Made by a program: the position numbers and the translations under genes. From a bacterium (lineage in GTDB: Bacteria > Zhuqueibacterota > Zhuqueibacteria > Residuimicrobiales > Krinioviventaceae): a stretch of 64,000 nt of DNA. The notes under the pieces were generated by a model that had not been told where the DNA came from, searched no databases, and saw only the letters and a list, made by a program, of their open reading frames with translations. The stretch is taken from positions 288,001-352,000 of the forward strand of contig CAXXFV010000006.1 of assembly GCA_963674595.2 (NCBI GenBank). Reading direction: 5' to 3'. Positions 41,241 to 52,462 of this stretch are shown piece by piece; position 1 is the stretch's first letter, and every line of letters starts with the position of its first letter.

Positions 41241-42221
41241 ATGCCCAATCTTGAAACAACATATATGAATTTAAAACTAAAAAATCCCATCATCGTTGCA
41301 AGCAGTGGTCTTACAAAATCCATTGACCGGTTAAAAGTATGTGAAGAACAGGGAGCAGGGGCTGTTGTTTTAAAAAGTATATTTGAGGAAGTCATTTCAA
41401 AAGAAGATTTTGGCCTGTCGGAATTGACTGAATACCATACAGAAGTTTATGACTATATCCGTTCTAATCTTGAAATGCAATATGGACCTAAAGATTATTG
41501 TGATCTGATCGAAAAAAGTAAAAAGGAACTGTCAATACCGGTAATAGCCAGCATTAATTGTGTATCTGATCAGTGGTGGCCACGATATGCGGTCCAAATT
41601 CAGGAATCAGGGGCTGACGCACTTGAGCTCAATATTTATTCAACACCTATTGATCCTGGTAAAACCGGTTCTGAAATCGAAAAAATATATATTGAAATAG
41701 TTAAAGCTGTTCGCCAAAAAATTCAGATTCCCATTGCCGTAAAGATAACCAATCAGATTACCTCTTTACCAAACCTGGTGAAACAATTAAGTGATAAAGG
41801 TGCCGATGCGGTTGTTATGTTTAATCGTTTTACGGAACCTGATATTGATATTAAAACGTTGGATTTGAAAACAACTTTTCATTTCAGCACAGCCAACGAG
41901 ATGTATAATTCGTTAAAATGGATTTCCATATTGTCAGGAAAGACGGATTGCGACCTGGCTGCCACAACCGGTATTCATACATTTGAAAGTATCGTTAAAA
42001 TGCTATTAGCAGGAGCATCTGCTGTTGAAATTGCATCTGTGCTCTATAAAAATGGCGTTGAGAAAATTTCTCTATTTATTAAAGAGATTGAAAACTGGAT
42101 GCAAAGTAATAATTTTAACACAATAGAACAATTTAAAGGAATGGCCAGTTTGCAAAAAACCGAAAAAACTGATCATTTTTTAAGGGCTCAGTTTATTGAT
42201 AAAATAAGAGGGTATGAATAG
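41241..42221 (+). CDS. Dihydroorotate dehydrogenase-like flavoprotein
   Basis: LKNPIIVASS, GAGAVVLKSIFEE, IASINC, LELN, FNRF and ATTGIH motifs. Confidence 0.85.
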   Translation: MPNLETTYMNLKLKNPIIVASSGLTKSIDRLKVCEEQGAGAVVLKSIFEEVISKEDFGLSELTEYHTEVYDYIRSNLEMQYGPKDYCDLIEKSKKELSIPVIASINCVSDQWWPRYAVQIQESGADALELNIYSTPIDPGKTGSEIEKIYIEIVKAVRQKIQIPIAVKITNQITSLPNLVKQLSDKGADAVVMFNRFTEPDIDIKTLDLKTTFHFSTANEMYNSLKWISILSGKTDCDLAATTGIHTFESIVKMLLAGASAVEIASVLYKNGVEKISLFIKEIENWMQSNNFNTIEQFKGMASLQKTEKTDHFLRAQFIDKIRGYE

Positions 42222-42321
42222 TATACAAGGTTAAAAGCACCTGTTATACACTTACTAATCTTGCAAAATATTTACCTGACTACCTGTAATCAAAAATTAT
42301 CTTATTATAGGAAAAAAGTAT

Positions 42322-45300
42322 ATGATAAAAGAATCAAAATACATTATTATTTTTATTATATATACTTTACTCTCGGTAAACAGTCTATTTGCCCAGTATC
42401 CCCGGATAAACTTTAGGAGTTTATCAACAGACGATGGTTTGGCAAATAATTCAACGCATTGTATTTTACAAGATAAACAGGGTTATTTATGGTTTGGTAC
42501 AATTGATGGATTAAATCGTTATAATGGAAATTCATTCAAAGTATTTAAACATGATCCGGATGATCCCGCATCCATAAGCTCAAATGATATTCGTTGCTTA
42601 TATATTGATAATCAGGACAGGTTATGGGTTGGAACATTAGATAATGGATTAAATTTGTTTGATTATGAAACTGAAAAGTTTACTCATTTTCATCATAATC
42701 CGGATGATTCCACATCTCTATGTCAGGCTCGTGTATCAGCAATTGCCCAGGATGGAAATAATGATTTATGGGTCGGTACATATGAAGGTCTGAATAGATT
42801 TGATGCTGAAAATAATTGTTTTGAGCATTTTTTTACAGGAATTTCAAATCATCCTCTTAAAACTTATGAAATAATTCTTGATTTGTTTAAAAGCCATGAC
42901 GGAAATTTATGGATCGGAACGAGTTTTGGATTAAAAAAATATGACATTAAGGAACACAAATTTATAAATTATGAATATCTTACAAATGAGCCGGGACAAT
43001 TTATGTTTGGCTCTGTTAATACAATTTGTGAAGATATGAATAATGAAATTTGGCTTGGAACTGCCGGGTTTGGTGTTTATAAATTTAATCCTCAAAATGA
43101 AAAAGTTAAAATTTACAAACATATAATAAATGACTCTGTAACCCTGGTTAATGACAGAATTTCAAGTCTTTTTCATGATTCTCAAAATCGTATTTGGGTC
43201 GGCTCGCGAAAAGGACTGGATCTTTTTGACGAAAAAACTGAGAGTTTCGAGCACATGCCCTATGAACCTCATAATCCGTTGACTTTGACGGATCCCCGGG
43301 TTTTCGATATTTATCAAGATTCTAATGGTGTTTTATGGGTTGCCACTGGAAAGGGAATTAATTTATTACCCAACTATTCCAAACATTTTTATACCTTTCA
43401 AAAGAAAAATTATAATAAAAATTCTCTTAGCGGATATAGCGTTTCCGCAATTTTGTATGAAAATGAAAGTAAATTATGGATTGGTACATCATACTCCGGG
43501 TTAGATAAATATAATTTTAAAACAAACAAGTTTGAACATTATTTGGCAGATCCAAAAAAATGAAAATAGTTTGAGTAATAACAAAATTAGGTCAATATAT
43601 AGAACCCGGGAAGGTTTACTATTGATTGGCACCTATGGCGGGGGCCTCAATATTTTTGATGAAAAACGGAACCGGTTCCATCAATTTAAAAATATTCAAA
43701 ACGATTCGTCAAGTCTTCATCATAATATTGTTCGCTGTATTCATCAGGATAAAAAGGGCAGGATATGGATCGGCACATTACAAGGGTTAACACGTTTTTA
43801 TCCGGAAACAAAAACCTTTGTTGATTATTCCTTACGGTTACCGAATGGTGAGAAAGGACTTCGAAAAAATATTTTTGTGATTGATGAAGACAAAGATGGC
43901 ATTTTATGGGCAGCTACCTATGGGAAGGGAATAGCCCGTTTTGATCCTGACCAAATGACATTAAAATACTATATGAACGATCCTGATAATATTAACAGTT
44001 TGGCTTCCAATAGTTTACTTGGTTTAATGTGTGACCATCGTGGAAATGTCTGGGCAGCCACTCATTATGATGGTGTTGACATGTTAAATCCTGCTAAAAA
44101 TGAATTTGTTCATTTTACAACAGAAAATGGTCTGCCGGCAAATAGTACTTTTTCAATACAGGAAGATAATTCAGGGAATGTTTGGATAGGAACCACTCAT
44201 GGGCTTGCAAAATATGATCCTGATTTAAACAATTTTCATGTATTTACTCAGAATCATGGTTTACAAGATAATGAATTTAATACCGGTGCGTATTATAAAA
44301 ATAAAAATGGTTTTTTGTTTTGGGGGGGTATTTCAGGAGTAACTTATTTTCATCCGGATAGTATTAAAAACGAGTTTACAATTCCAAAAATTGTTATTGA
44401 TGATATAAAATTGTTTAATGAGTCTGTTAAAATCAATAAAAAGTATCACGGTGTCAAGATACTTGACAGGCCCATTAGTATGTCGCATGAAATTGAGTTA
44501 AATTATAAAGATAATGTTCTCACTTTTGAATTGGCTGTTCTTAATTTTAAAGATCCTCAAAGCAATTCTTATGCTTATTTTATGGAAGGTTTGGAAAAAG
44601 TATGGAATTATGCCGGAGCGCGTAATTTTGCTACTTATTCAAATATTCCACCCGGTCAATATACATTTCATGTTAAAGGCGCTTCGTCGGAAAATGTTTG
44701 GAATGATGACGGTGTTTCTCTCAAGATAATTATCAATCCTCCTTTCTGGCAAACATGGTGGTTTAAGGGTTTATTAATAGTGTCAAGTTTTATATTAATT
44801 ATATCTTCACACCTTGTTCGGGTACATCGTATGACAATGCGCCACCTTGAACTTGAAAATATAAATAATCAATTAAACGATCAAATAACTGAACGTAAAA
44901 AGGCAGAAGAAGCCCTTCAAAAAGTTAACGATGATTTGGAAAAAATTGTTGAAGACCGGACTGATGAATTAAAAGAAACCAACCTGAAACTGCTTGTTGA
45001 AATTGATGGTCATAAAAGAGCTGTTTTTGCTTCACAGGTGAGCGAAGAAAAATATCGAATGCTTGCAGAAACCGCCTCTGATATAATTTTTGTGAATGAT
45101 CAAAATAAAAAAGTAACTTATATGAATCCTGCGGGATTAAAAATCAGCGGTTACAAAGAATCTGAAATTTTATCAAAATCATTAGAACATTTACTGCCGG
45201 TTGAATTTGTTGTTGATTTTTTTGAAAAAGAAATAAATATATCTAAAAAAGCAACAGGGATACATTTATATGAAACGGAATTTATTAATAAAGGCGGCAA

Positions 45301-46048
45301 AAAAATACCAATCGAACTAAATTCGTCTTCACTTTATAAAGATAAAACATTTACAGGTACTTTAATTGTCGCACGTGATATTACGGAGCGCAAAAAGGCT
45401 GAAGAACAAATCCGTTCCTCTTTAAAAGAAAAAGAAATTTTACTTAAAGAGATTCACCATCGTGTAAAGAATAATATGCAGGTTATCAGCAGTTTGTTGC
45501 ACCTGCAAAGCAGACAAGTAAAAGATGATAAAACACAGAATATTTTTACTGAAAGTCAGAACAGAATTAAATCAATGGCATTGGTACATGAGAGATTATA
45601 CAGATCAGACAACCTTGCAAAAATTGATTTTAACAACTATATCAGGAATTTAATTGTAACTTTATACCATTCATATAATATTGACCCCAATAGAATTATA
45701 TTGGACATAAATGTAAATAATGTTTTCCTGAGTATTGACACGGCTATTCCATGCGGACTCATTATTAATGAAATAATTACAAATTCTTTTAAACACGCAT
45801 TTCCTGATAATGCCAACGGCGTGATAAATATTGAATTTTTCTCCAAAGATGAACGTTATCATTTGATTATTAAAGATAATGGTGTAGGATTACCGGAAGA
45901 GGTCAAATCAGATGGTAGCCAGTCACTTGGATTGTTTTTAATCAGCGCTTTAATACGACAGTTGACTGCAGAATTGGAAATAGTTCGGGAGAGTGGAACA
46001 AAGTATACTATTACTTTTACAGAAGTTAAAAAGAATATATTAGATTAG
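42322..46048 (+). CDS. Sensor histidine kinase: periplasmic beta-propellers + Y_Y_Y + TM + PAS + HisKA_2 (about 1241 aa; extra A at about 43560)
   Basis: Many D..G.LW.GT..GL propeller repeats; YSNIPPGQYTFHVK..PPFWQTWW; PAS domain ending RDITERK; LLKEIHHRVKNN, NEIITNSFKHAF and DNGVG. Removing one A gives DPKNENSLS. Confidence 0.85.
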
Positions 46049-46064
46049 ATTTAATAAGGTAGGT

Positions 46065-46103
46065 AAAAAAAAAGGACGATTATAACGATCGTCCTTTTTT
46101 TTT
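46065..46103. terminator. Bidirectional intrinsic terminator
   Basis: A-tract, ggacgat / atcgtcc stem, T-tract, between convergent genes. Confidence 0.9.
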
Positions 46104-46109
46104 AAATTT

Positions 46110-48299
46110 CTATAATAACGAAAATGCAACTGTAAGACCAGCCATCACAATCGAAACCATACTCATTAGTTTGATAAGGATGTTCAAACTGGGACCGGAA
46201 GTATCTTTAAATGGATCACCAACGGTATCACCAATAACGGCTGCTTTATGAGCATCTGAACCTTTACCACCATGAACGCCGCTTTCGATGTATTTTTTAG
46301 CATTATCCCAGGCACCACCGGAATTTGCCATGAAAACAGCCAAAACAAAACCGGCTGCCAATCCGCCTGTTAATAATCCCATAACACCTGCAACGCCAAA
46401 AATAATACCCATTATAATTGGGGTAACAATTGCCAGAATAGAAGGAAGCATCATTTCACGTTGTGCACCTTTTGTTGAAATTTCAACACAGCGTGCATAA
46501 TCCGGAGTTCCTTCGCCGCTTAAAATACCTTTAATTTCTCTAAACTGACGTCTAACTTCATCAACCATGCTGGCAGCAGCACGACCAACAGCATTCATGG
46601 TCAAACCACAGAACATAAAAGCCATCATAGCGCCGATAAACATGCCTAAAAGGACTTTAGGATTCATAAGAGTTACGTTGTAGAACTCCATAAAGTCAGC
46701 CAAGCCGGCTTCAGAGGTTTTAATTACACCTCGTGATAATGGTATAGTGACTTCGCCAATTCGAATTAAACCAATTTTTAATTCTTCAATATAAGAAGCT
46801 AAAAGAGCAAGGGCCGTCAAGGCAGCAGAACCGATAGCAAAACCTTTACCTGTTGCCGCAGTTGTATTCCCTAAAGAATCCAATGCATCTGTTCTTTTAC
46901 GAACCTCGGATCCAAGTCCGCTCATTTCGGCGTTTCCACCGGCATTATCAGCAATTGGTCCGTAGGCGTCTGTAGCAAGTGTAATTCCAAGTGTGGAAAG
47001 CATACCAACAGCGGCAATACCAATTCCATACAATCCCATTGCCATATCATCCATTTTCCATTGAGCGGCTGAAAGATAGGCTAACATAGTACCAACAACT
47101 ATGGTTAAAACCGGAATGGCGGTTGACAACATACCTGTTCCGATTCCTGAAATAATAACAGTTGCAGGACCGGTTTGAGCATTTTCAGCAATAATTTGAG
47201 TTGGTTTATAAGCTTCAGAAGTATAATACTCTGTCGCTTTACCAATTAACCATCCTGTAATCAAACCGATAATGATTGAACCCCAAATTCCAAATGGATT
47301 TGGTAAGCCGAGTATTTTGATGATTCCAAGAGAAAAAATAACAATAAGTACGGAACTTACGTTAACACCTTTTCCCAAAGCACCCAAGAGTTCTTTTTGT
47401 GTAGCATTTTCTTTAGTTCTAACAGCAAAAATACCAACAATTGAAAGAATGGTACCAACTGCAGCAATTAACATAGGTGCTAAAACACCTTTATACTGCA
47501 TTGAAACTCCCTGGCCCATAAATGCGGCTGCTCCAAGAGCGGCTGTGGCAAGAACAGAACCGGCATATGATTCATAAAGATCGGCACCCATACCAGCTAC
47601 ATCACCAACATTGTCACCAACGTTATCAGCGATTGTTGCCGGGTTACGGGGATCATCTTCAGGAATACCTGCTTCAACTTTACCAACCAAATCTGCACCT
47701 ACGTCTGCTGCTTTGGTAAAAATACCGCCGCCAACACGTGCAAACAGGGCCTGGGTAGAAGCGCCCATTCCAAATGTTAACATTGTTGTTGTAATGATAA
47801 TTAATTTATGATGAGGATCGGCATCGTTAACAAAATAGTTTAATACGATAAACCATAATGAAATGTCTAATAGTGCCAAACCTACTACTACCAAACCCAT
47901 GACAGCGCCTGATCTAAATGCAACCTGTAAGCCTCTGTTCAAGCTTTCACGGGCAGCATTTGCAGTTCTGGCACTTGCATAAGTAGCTGTTTTCATTCCA
48001 AAAAAACCGGCAAGACCTGAGAAAAATCCACCTGTTAAAAATGCGAACCAAACCCAGCCGTTTTGAAAACCAAAAACCGCCATTAACGCAAAAAGCGCTG
48101 TTAAAACTATAAATACCATAGTTACAACTTTGTATTGTTGTTTGAGATAAGCCATTGCACCTTTTCTAACGTGACTGGCAATCTCAATCATCTTTTCAGT
48201 ACCTTCACTTTCACTCATTAATTTTTTGAAAAAGTAAAAAGCAAAACCTAATGCAAGAATAGACGCAACTGGTACTATCCAAAATAGTCCGTCAAGCAT
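46110..48299 (-). CDS. hppA: Membrane-bound K+-dependent ion-translocating pyrophosphatase (Na+,H+-PPase-like)
   Basis: [26 protein letters not shown] (Ala, K+-dependent type) and [10 protein letters not shown] motifs. Confidence 0.95.
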   Translation of the reverse strand: MLDGLFWIVPVASILALGFAFYFFKKLMSESEGTEKMIEIASHVRKGAMAYLKQQYKVVTMVFIVLTALFALMAVFGFQNGWVWFAFLTGGFFSGLAGFFGMKTATYASARTANAARESLNRGLQVAFRSGAVMGLVVVGLALLDISLWFIVLNYFVNDADPHHKLIIITTTMLTFGMGASTQALFARVGGGIFTKAADVGADLVGKVEAGIPEDDPRNPATIADNVGDNVGDVAGMGADLYESYAGSVLATAALGAAAFMGQGVSMQYKGVLAPMLIAAVGTILSIVGIFAVRTKENATQKELLGALGKGVNVSSVLIVIFSLGIIKILGLPNPFGIWGSIIIGLITGWLIGKATEYYTSEAYKPTQIIAENAQTGPATVIISGIGTGMLSTAIPVLTIVVGTMLAYLSAAQWKMDDMAMGLYGIGIAAVGMLSTLGITLATDAYGPIADNAGGNAEMSGLGSEVRKRTDALDSLGNTTAATGKGFAIGSAALTALALLASYIEELKIGLIRIGEVTIPLSRGVIKTSEAGLADFMEFYNVTLMNPKVLLGMFIGAMMAFMFCGLTMNAVGRAAASMVDEVRRQFREIKGILSGEGTPDYARCVEISTKGAQREMMLPSILAIVTPIIMGIIFGVAGVMGLLTGGLAAGFVLAVFMANSGGAWDNAKKYIESGVHGGKGSDAHKAAVIGDTVGDPFKDTSGPSLNILIKLMSMVSIVMAGLTVAFSLL

Positions 48300-48339
48300 T
48301 TCCTCTCCTATTTAATTTACTTGTTTATTTACTATTTAT

Positions 48340-49119
48340 TTAATAACTAAAACCTACTGTCAATGCTGATCTCCACCATGCATGGTGGTGTTCTTCCAGT
48401 TCCTGAATTGATGGAAACTGATAATAAATAAAATCTTTTTGATCGCCGATAAAGAAGCCATTTTTTATTGTTCTAAACAAAATGTCTCTTGGCAAAGCAC
48501 GAATAACTGTTTTGGTCGGTTTTTCCGGATGTTCCTGTAAGCCAATTAAACAATCACGCAAGTGATCGATATTTGGATAGGGAAGGTTATCAGCCGGGGC
48601 CAACATTGGGTCTGTTGCCAAACCGTTTAAATTTAATTCCACAAAAGCCAATTTAGGTACTGATACAGGATGTTTTCTGTCTGTTACAAATCGACAAAAT
48701 TCTAATGGATTTAAATTACTGGCAATGCGGGGTGTTACAGGTGCCAGTTCCTGGTAAAGGTGTAACTGTTTTTCTGTTTCCGGTTTATATTCACTTTTTT
48801 CCAGCTCTAAAACACGACCGTCATCAGTAACAAGATAAAAATTACCAATGGCGCTCATTGGAATATGTTCCAGTACACGATAAATGGAAAGATACAACGA
48901 TCTTTTTGGTTCCCCATTTGGATGAGGAACACATCGATCTTCAATTTCAGATAATGAAATTTCATTACTCTTGAAACTGGGATCGATTTCAAAGAACATA
49001 GCAATGCCTCGTGTTCTCTTTTTGGTTCCGATAGCGTAATAGTTACCAAATTCGACAGGAGGCAACATTGAAGCCACAAGAGACTCTGGTACGATTGAGA
49101 GATACAAATACTTTTTCAT
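48340..49119 (-). CDS. Hypothetical protein with internal duplication, co-oriented with hppA
   Basis: ATG 49119 after a gaggaaagga RBS; the two halves share similar motifs. Confidence 0.75.
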   Translation of the reverse strand: MKKYLYLSIVPESLVASMLPPVEFGNYYAIGTKKRTRGIAMFFEIDPSFKSNEISLSEIEDRCVPHPNGEPKRSLYLSIYRVLEHIPMSAIGNFYLVTDDGRVLELEKSEYKPETEKQLHLYQELAPVTPRIASNLNPLEFCRFVTDRKHPVSVPKLAFVELNLNGLATDPMLAPADNLPYPNIDHLRDCLIGLQEHPEKPTKTVIRALPRDILFRTIKNGFFIGDQKDFIYYQFPSIQELEEHHHAWWRSALTVGFSY

Positions 49120-49472
49120 AAGAATTTCCTTTCCTCTTAATGACATATCGGCTGGTTTTCTACTACAACCGTGTTTTTTAATAAAATATTCTGAGGAAAT
49201 TAAATTTTGTATTTTTTATAGTTAAATAATAATTATTTGAACCGGTTCATTATTAAATTCTGTAAATATAACTTTTATTTAGATTAAAGTCAACAATTAA
49301 CTGTTTTTCAAATCCCCCATTTATAACCCAAAATGTCACTTGGCTTAATAATTTTGTTTTATCAAGTGTTTAGATGTGAAGCCGAAAAAGTATAATTTGC
49401 GATAAAAATTTAATAAGGTGAAAAGTTGAGTTTGAGAGAGGGATATGCAGGTGAAAAGGAAAGTTTAAAAAT

Positions 49473-49505
49473 AAAAAAAGGTGATGATTAAAAAATCATC
49501 ACCTT
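49473..49505 (-). terminator. Intrinsic terminator of the Ca-binding repeat protein gene
   Basis: aaggtgatgatt / aatcatcacctt stem with a U-tract on the minus strand. Confidence 0.8.
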
Positions 49506-49513
49506 AAAAATTT

Positions 49514-50116
49514 CTATTTATTTGGGCCGTTGCTGCCTTTTTTTCCATTTTCATTATCTTTGTTTCCGTTGGAACCGGAAGTTGAGCCGCTAAATCCACT
49601 GCCCATATTTGCGCCTCGTCCAAGACAATCTTCAGGTTTTACCCAATCAGCATCCTGACCATTTGGGATACCGTCACCATCATCATCCAGCATGCGGTCG
49701 TTGATGCCATCACCGTCTTCGTCAACAAAGCCGGCAAAACCTTTACCCATACCCTTACGGGCGCCGGTACCATCCTGAGGTTTTACATAATCCGGGTCCT
49801 GACCATTAGGAATACCGTCACCATCGAGATCCGGTGCATTGTCATTAATTCCGTCTCCATTTTCATCAACAAAGGTCAAACCTTTACCTTTGCCGGTTCC
49901 GGTTCTTACATAGTCCGGGTCCTGACCGTTAGGGATACCATCACCGTCATCGTCCAGTGCGTTGTCGTTGTAACCATCGCCGTTAACATCAACGAATTTT
50001 TTGCTGTTTTCCACAGGTTTTGATTTTTGTGTTTGAGCAAAAGTTTGGGGTACCAGTAAAAAAAGTACAAACAGAAAAACTGTTGTGATTGTGAAAAGTG
50101 TTGTTGTGCGTTTCAT
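49514..50116 (-). CDS. Secreted low-complexity protein with three DxDxDG (TSP3/EF-hand-like) Ca-binding repeats
   Basis: aaggag RBS; signal peptide TFA-Q; three copies of FVD.xGDGxND...DxDGDGIPNGQDxDxV separated by GKG-rich linkers. Confidence 0.8.
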   Translation of the reverse strand: MKRTTTLFTITTVFLFVLFLLVPQTFAQTQKSKPVENSKKFVDVNGDGYNDNALDDDGDGIPNGQDPDYVRTGTGKGKGLTFVDENGDGINDNAPDLDGDGIPNGQDPDYVKPQDGTGARKGMGKGFAGFVDEDGDGINDRMLDDDGDGIPNGQDADWVKPEDCLGRGANMGSGFSGSTSGSNGNKDNENGKKGSNGPNK

Positions 50117-50169
50117 TTTACTTCTCCTTTGTATTAAGTTAGTTTGTTGTTGTTTCACTTCTCACTATG

Positions 50170-50184
50170 GCAACAGGTGTGCCA
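50170..50184 (-). promoter_or_regulatory. Sigma54 promoter of the Ca-binding repeat gene
   Basis: Minus strand reads TTGGCAC-ACCTG-TTGC, a consensus -24/-12 element. Confidence 0.85.
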
Positions 50185-50275
50185 AAAATAAAATCCTTTT
50201 TTAATTCTGTTGTAAAATTATAAAAAATAACAAATAATAATTATTGAAAGTATTTTAACTTATTATTAAATTTAA

Positions 50276-50320
50276 AATATTTCGACCAAGTGGTCGAAAT
50301 ATTCGGTTATTTGGTCGAAA
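50276..50320. promoter_or_regulatory. Tandem enhancer (UAS) sites for the adjacent bEBP
   Basis: Palindrome aatatttcgacca-ag-tggtcgaaatatt (50276-50303) followed by a second TTCG-N10-CGAA copy, about 100-135 bp upstream of the -24 box. Confidence 0.7.
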
Positions 50321-50417
50321 AAACTCGTATGAAACTTATTTGCGAGATTTTTATCTAATAGTTGTTGTTATATTTATTATATGCATGGGTGCATATTTAT
50401 AAAGGAAGAAAAGAAAA

Positions 50418-52460
50418 ATGAATTCTTATTTTCAACATACTAAGGTAAAACGGGCCTTGTCCATTAATAAAAAATCAATAATTATTTTGTTTATTGTTTT
50501 GGCTGTTTTACTTGTTTCATCAGCTATTATTGAATATAAAAGTTCTAAAAATGAGCTTATTGAAGTTTTGCAGGAGCAATCTCTGGCCCTGGTGGCTTCA
50601 TTAGAGCAGGGCAGTGTAAATGCTATTCAATCTTTTCAGGTGGCAGAAGAAATATTGGCTGAAAGGTTATTAGGCCTGGCCCGCTTGATAGAAGAGATTG
50701 ATTATAATGACAAGCTTTCTCTGCAATTAATAACTAAAATTGCTGCTGAAAACAATATTTTTAGAATTAATGTCTTTGATAAAAACGGTAATAAAGTAAT
50801 TTCAAATGCCGGTGGCATGGGAACCGGCAGAAATAGCAGACAGAATGCATCTGAATATTTATTGGAAAAAATAAAAAATAATGACGAACTTTTAATAGGC
50901 TTTGGTCAAAGGCGATTTGGAACGGCGCAACGGTTTGCCGTTGCTAAAAAACGTCGTAACGGCGGCGTTTTGGTTTTAAATATTGATGCAACGGAAATTT
51001 TAGACTATCGTAAGACTATTGGTGCGGGCAAACTTTATAAAGATATTGGTGAAAGTAACGGCATAGAATATACGGTTCTGCAGGATTCTACAGGTATTTT
51101 ACTGGCTTCGCAAAATGTTGATTCACTAAGTTCGATCTATTCTGATGAATTTTTACAAAAATCATTGATATCAGGTGAGGCCTTAACGAGGATTTTACTG
51201 TTTAAAGGGGTATATGTTTTTGAGATTGTTAAACCGCTTTATGTAAATGATAATTTTCAGGGTCTGATGCGTATAGGCTTGTCTGCCCAACATTTAAAAG
51301 ATGTTGAAGCGGGGGCGAAGGCAAGGATTATTTTAGCATCTATTATTTTATTGATAATCGGCAGTGTTGTTATAGGTTTTGTTATCAGCAATCAAAATTA
51401 TCATGAATTACAAAAAGCTTACAGTCGCATCGAGACCTATACGGGCAGTATCCTTACAAACATGAACGATGCGGTTATAGCTGTAGATCATAATGAGAAT
51501 ATCAGCATTTTTAATAAAGCGGCTGAAAAACTTTTTCAGGTAAACGCCAAAGATATTTTATATAAAAAATGTGATCATACTTTTAAAACATTTTGCCCTT
51601 TATTACTCACCGCGTTAAAAAATAGTGAGAATGATGCACCGCAAATATATAACGTCCATATTAATAACCAGGAGTATATCATTTCTTTAGGCACAACGAT
51701 AATAAGAAATGATAAGGGAAAAATTGATACGTCTTTTGCTGTAATAAAAGATATAACAGAGCAAAAAACTCTGGAAGAAAACCTGAAAAGAAAAGACCAG
51801 ATAACCGCAATGGGCCATTTGGCTTCAGGGGTGGCACATGAAATTCGTAATCCGTTAAATGCCATTTCAATTATTGCACAGCGTTTCAGGCAGGAATTTA
51901 AACCTGTCAGCGAAGCTGATGAATACAATAAACTGGCTTCTTCTATGGTTGATCAAACCCGTCGGATTAATACGATTATACAACAATTTTTGAAAATGGC
52001 GCGTCCCGGATCGTTATCAAAATCGACAACAAACATGAACAACGTTATTAACCAGGTGGTAACATTAATTAAGTCAGTCGCGAAAAGTAAAAATATAAAA
52101 TTAATTACAAATTGTTCTGAATTACCTGAAATATCAGTGGATTCGGATATGATCCAGCAGGCATTATTAAATATTGTGCAAAATAGTCTGGATGCCTGCG
52201 AACAAAATGATACGGTTGAGTTGAATTGCGCCACAGTACATGATAATTTGGAAATCAGAATAAGTGATACCGGACATGGTATTTCAAAAGATGAATTGCA
52301 TAAAATTTTTAATATGTATTATACAACAAAACAGGAGGGGACCGGATTGGGTTTATCTGTTGTGCAACAGATAATTTCCTTGCACAACGGAACAATTCAG
52401 GTCCAAAGTGAGATAGATAAAGGTACTGTATTTATAATTCACCTACCCTTGGCGGAGTAA
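50418..52460 (+). CDS. Membrane sensor histidine kinase with PAS (ZraS/AtoS-like)
   Basis: Two TM helices around a periplasmic domain; PAS; GVAHEIRNPL, NIVQNS, DTGHG and GTGLGL boxes. Confidence 0.9.
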   Translation: MNSYFQHTKVKRALSINKKSIIILFIVLAVLLVSSAIIEYKSSKNELIEVLQEQSLALVASLEQGSVNAIQSFQVAEEILAERLLGLARLIEEIDYNDKLSLQLITKIAAENNIFRINVFDKNGNKVISNAGGMGTGRNSRQNASEYLLEKIKNNDELLIGFGQRRFGTAQRFAVAKKRRNGGVLVLNIDATEILDYRKTIGAGKLYKDIGESNGIEYTVLQDSTGILLASQNVDSLSSIYSDEFLQKSLISGEALTRILLFKGVYVFEIVKPLYVNDNFQGLMRIGLSAQHLKDVEAGAKARIILASIILLIIGSVVIGFVISNQNYHELQKAYSRIETYTGSILTNMNDAVIAVDHNENISIFNKAAEKLFQVNAKDILYKKCDHTFKTFCPLLLTALKNSENDAPQIYNVHINNQEYIISLGTTIIRNDKGKIDTSFAVIKDITEQKTLEENLKRKDQITAMGHLASGVAHEIRNPLNAISIIAQRFRQEFKPVSEADEYNKLASSMVDQTRRINTIIQQFLKMARPGSLSKSTTNMNNVINQVVTLIKSVAKSKNIKLITNCSELPEISVDSDMIQQALLNIVQNSLDACEQNDTVELNCATVHDNLEIRISDTGHGISKDELHKIFNMYYTTKQEGTGLGLSVVQQIISLHNGTIQVQSEIDKGTVFIIHLPLAE

Positions 52461-52462
52461 TT

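Noticed and set aside
26330-43565. Programmed ribosomal frameshifting or genuine pseudogenes at the split genes
   Set aside because: Shifts go in both directions, all lie in homopolymers of unrelated genes, and there is no other sign of decay; sequencing error is more parsimonious.
49640-50000. Nucleotide repeats resembling a CRISPR or tandem array
   Set aside because: The repeats are degenerate at third codon positions and encode the DxDGDG protein repeats; no cas genes are present.
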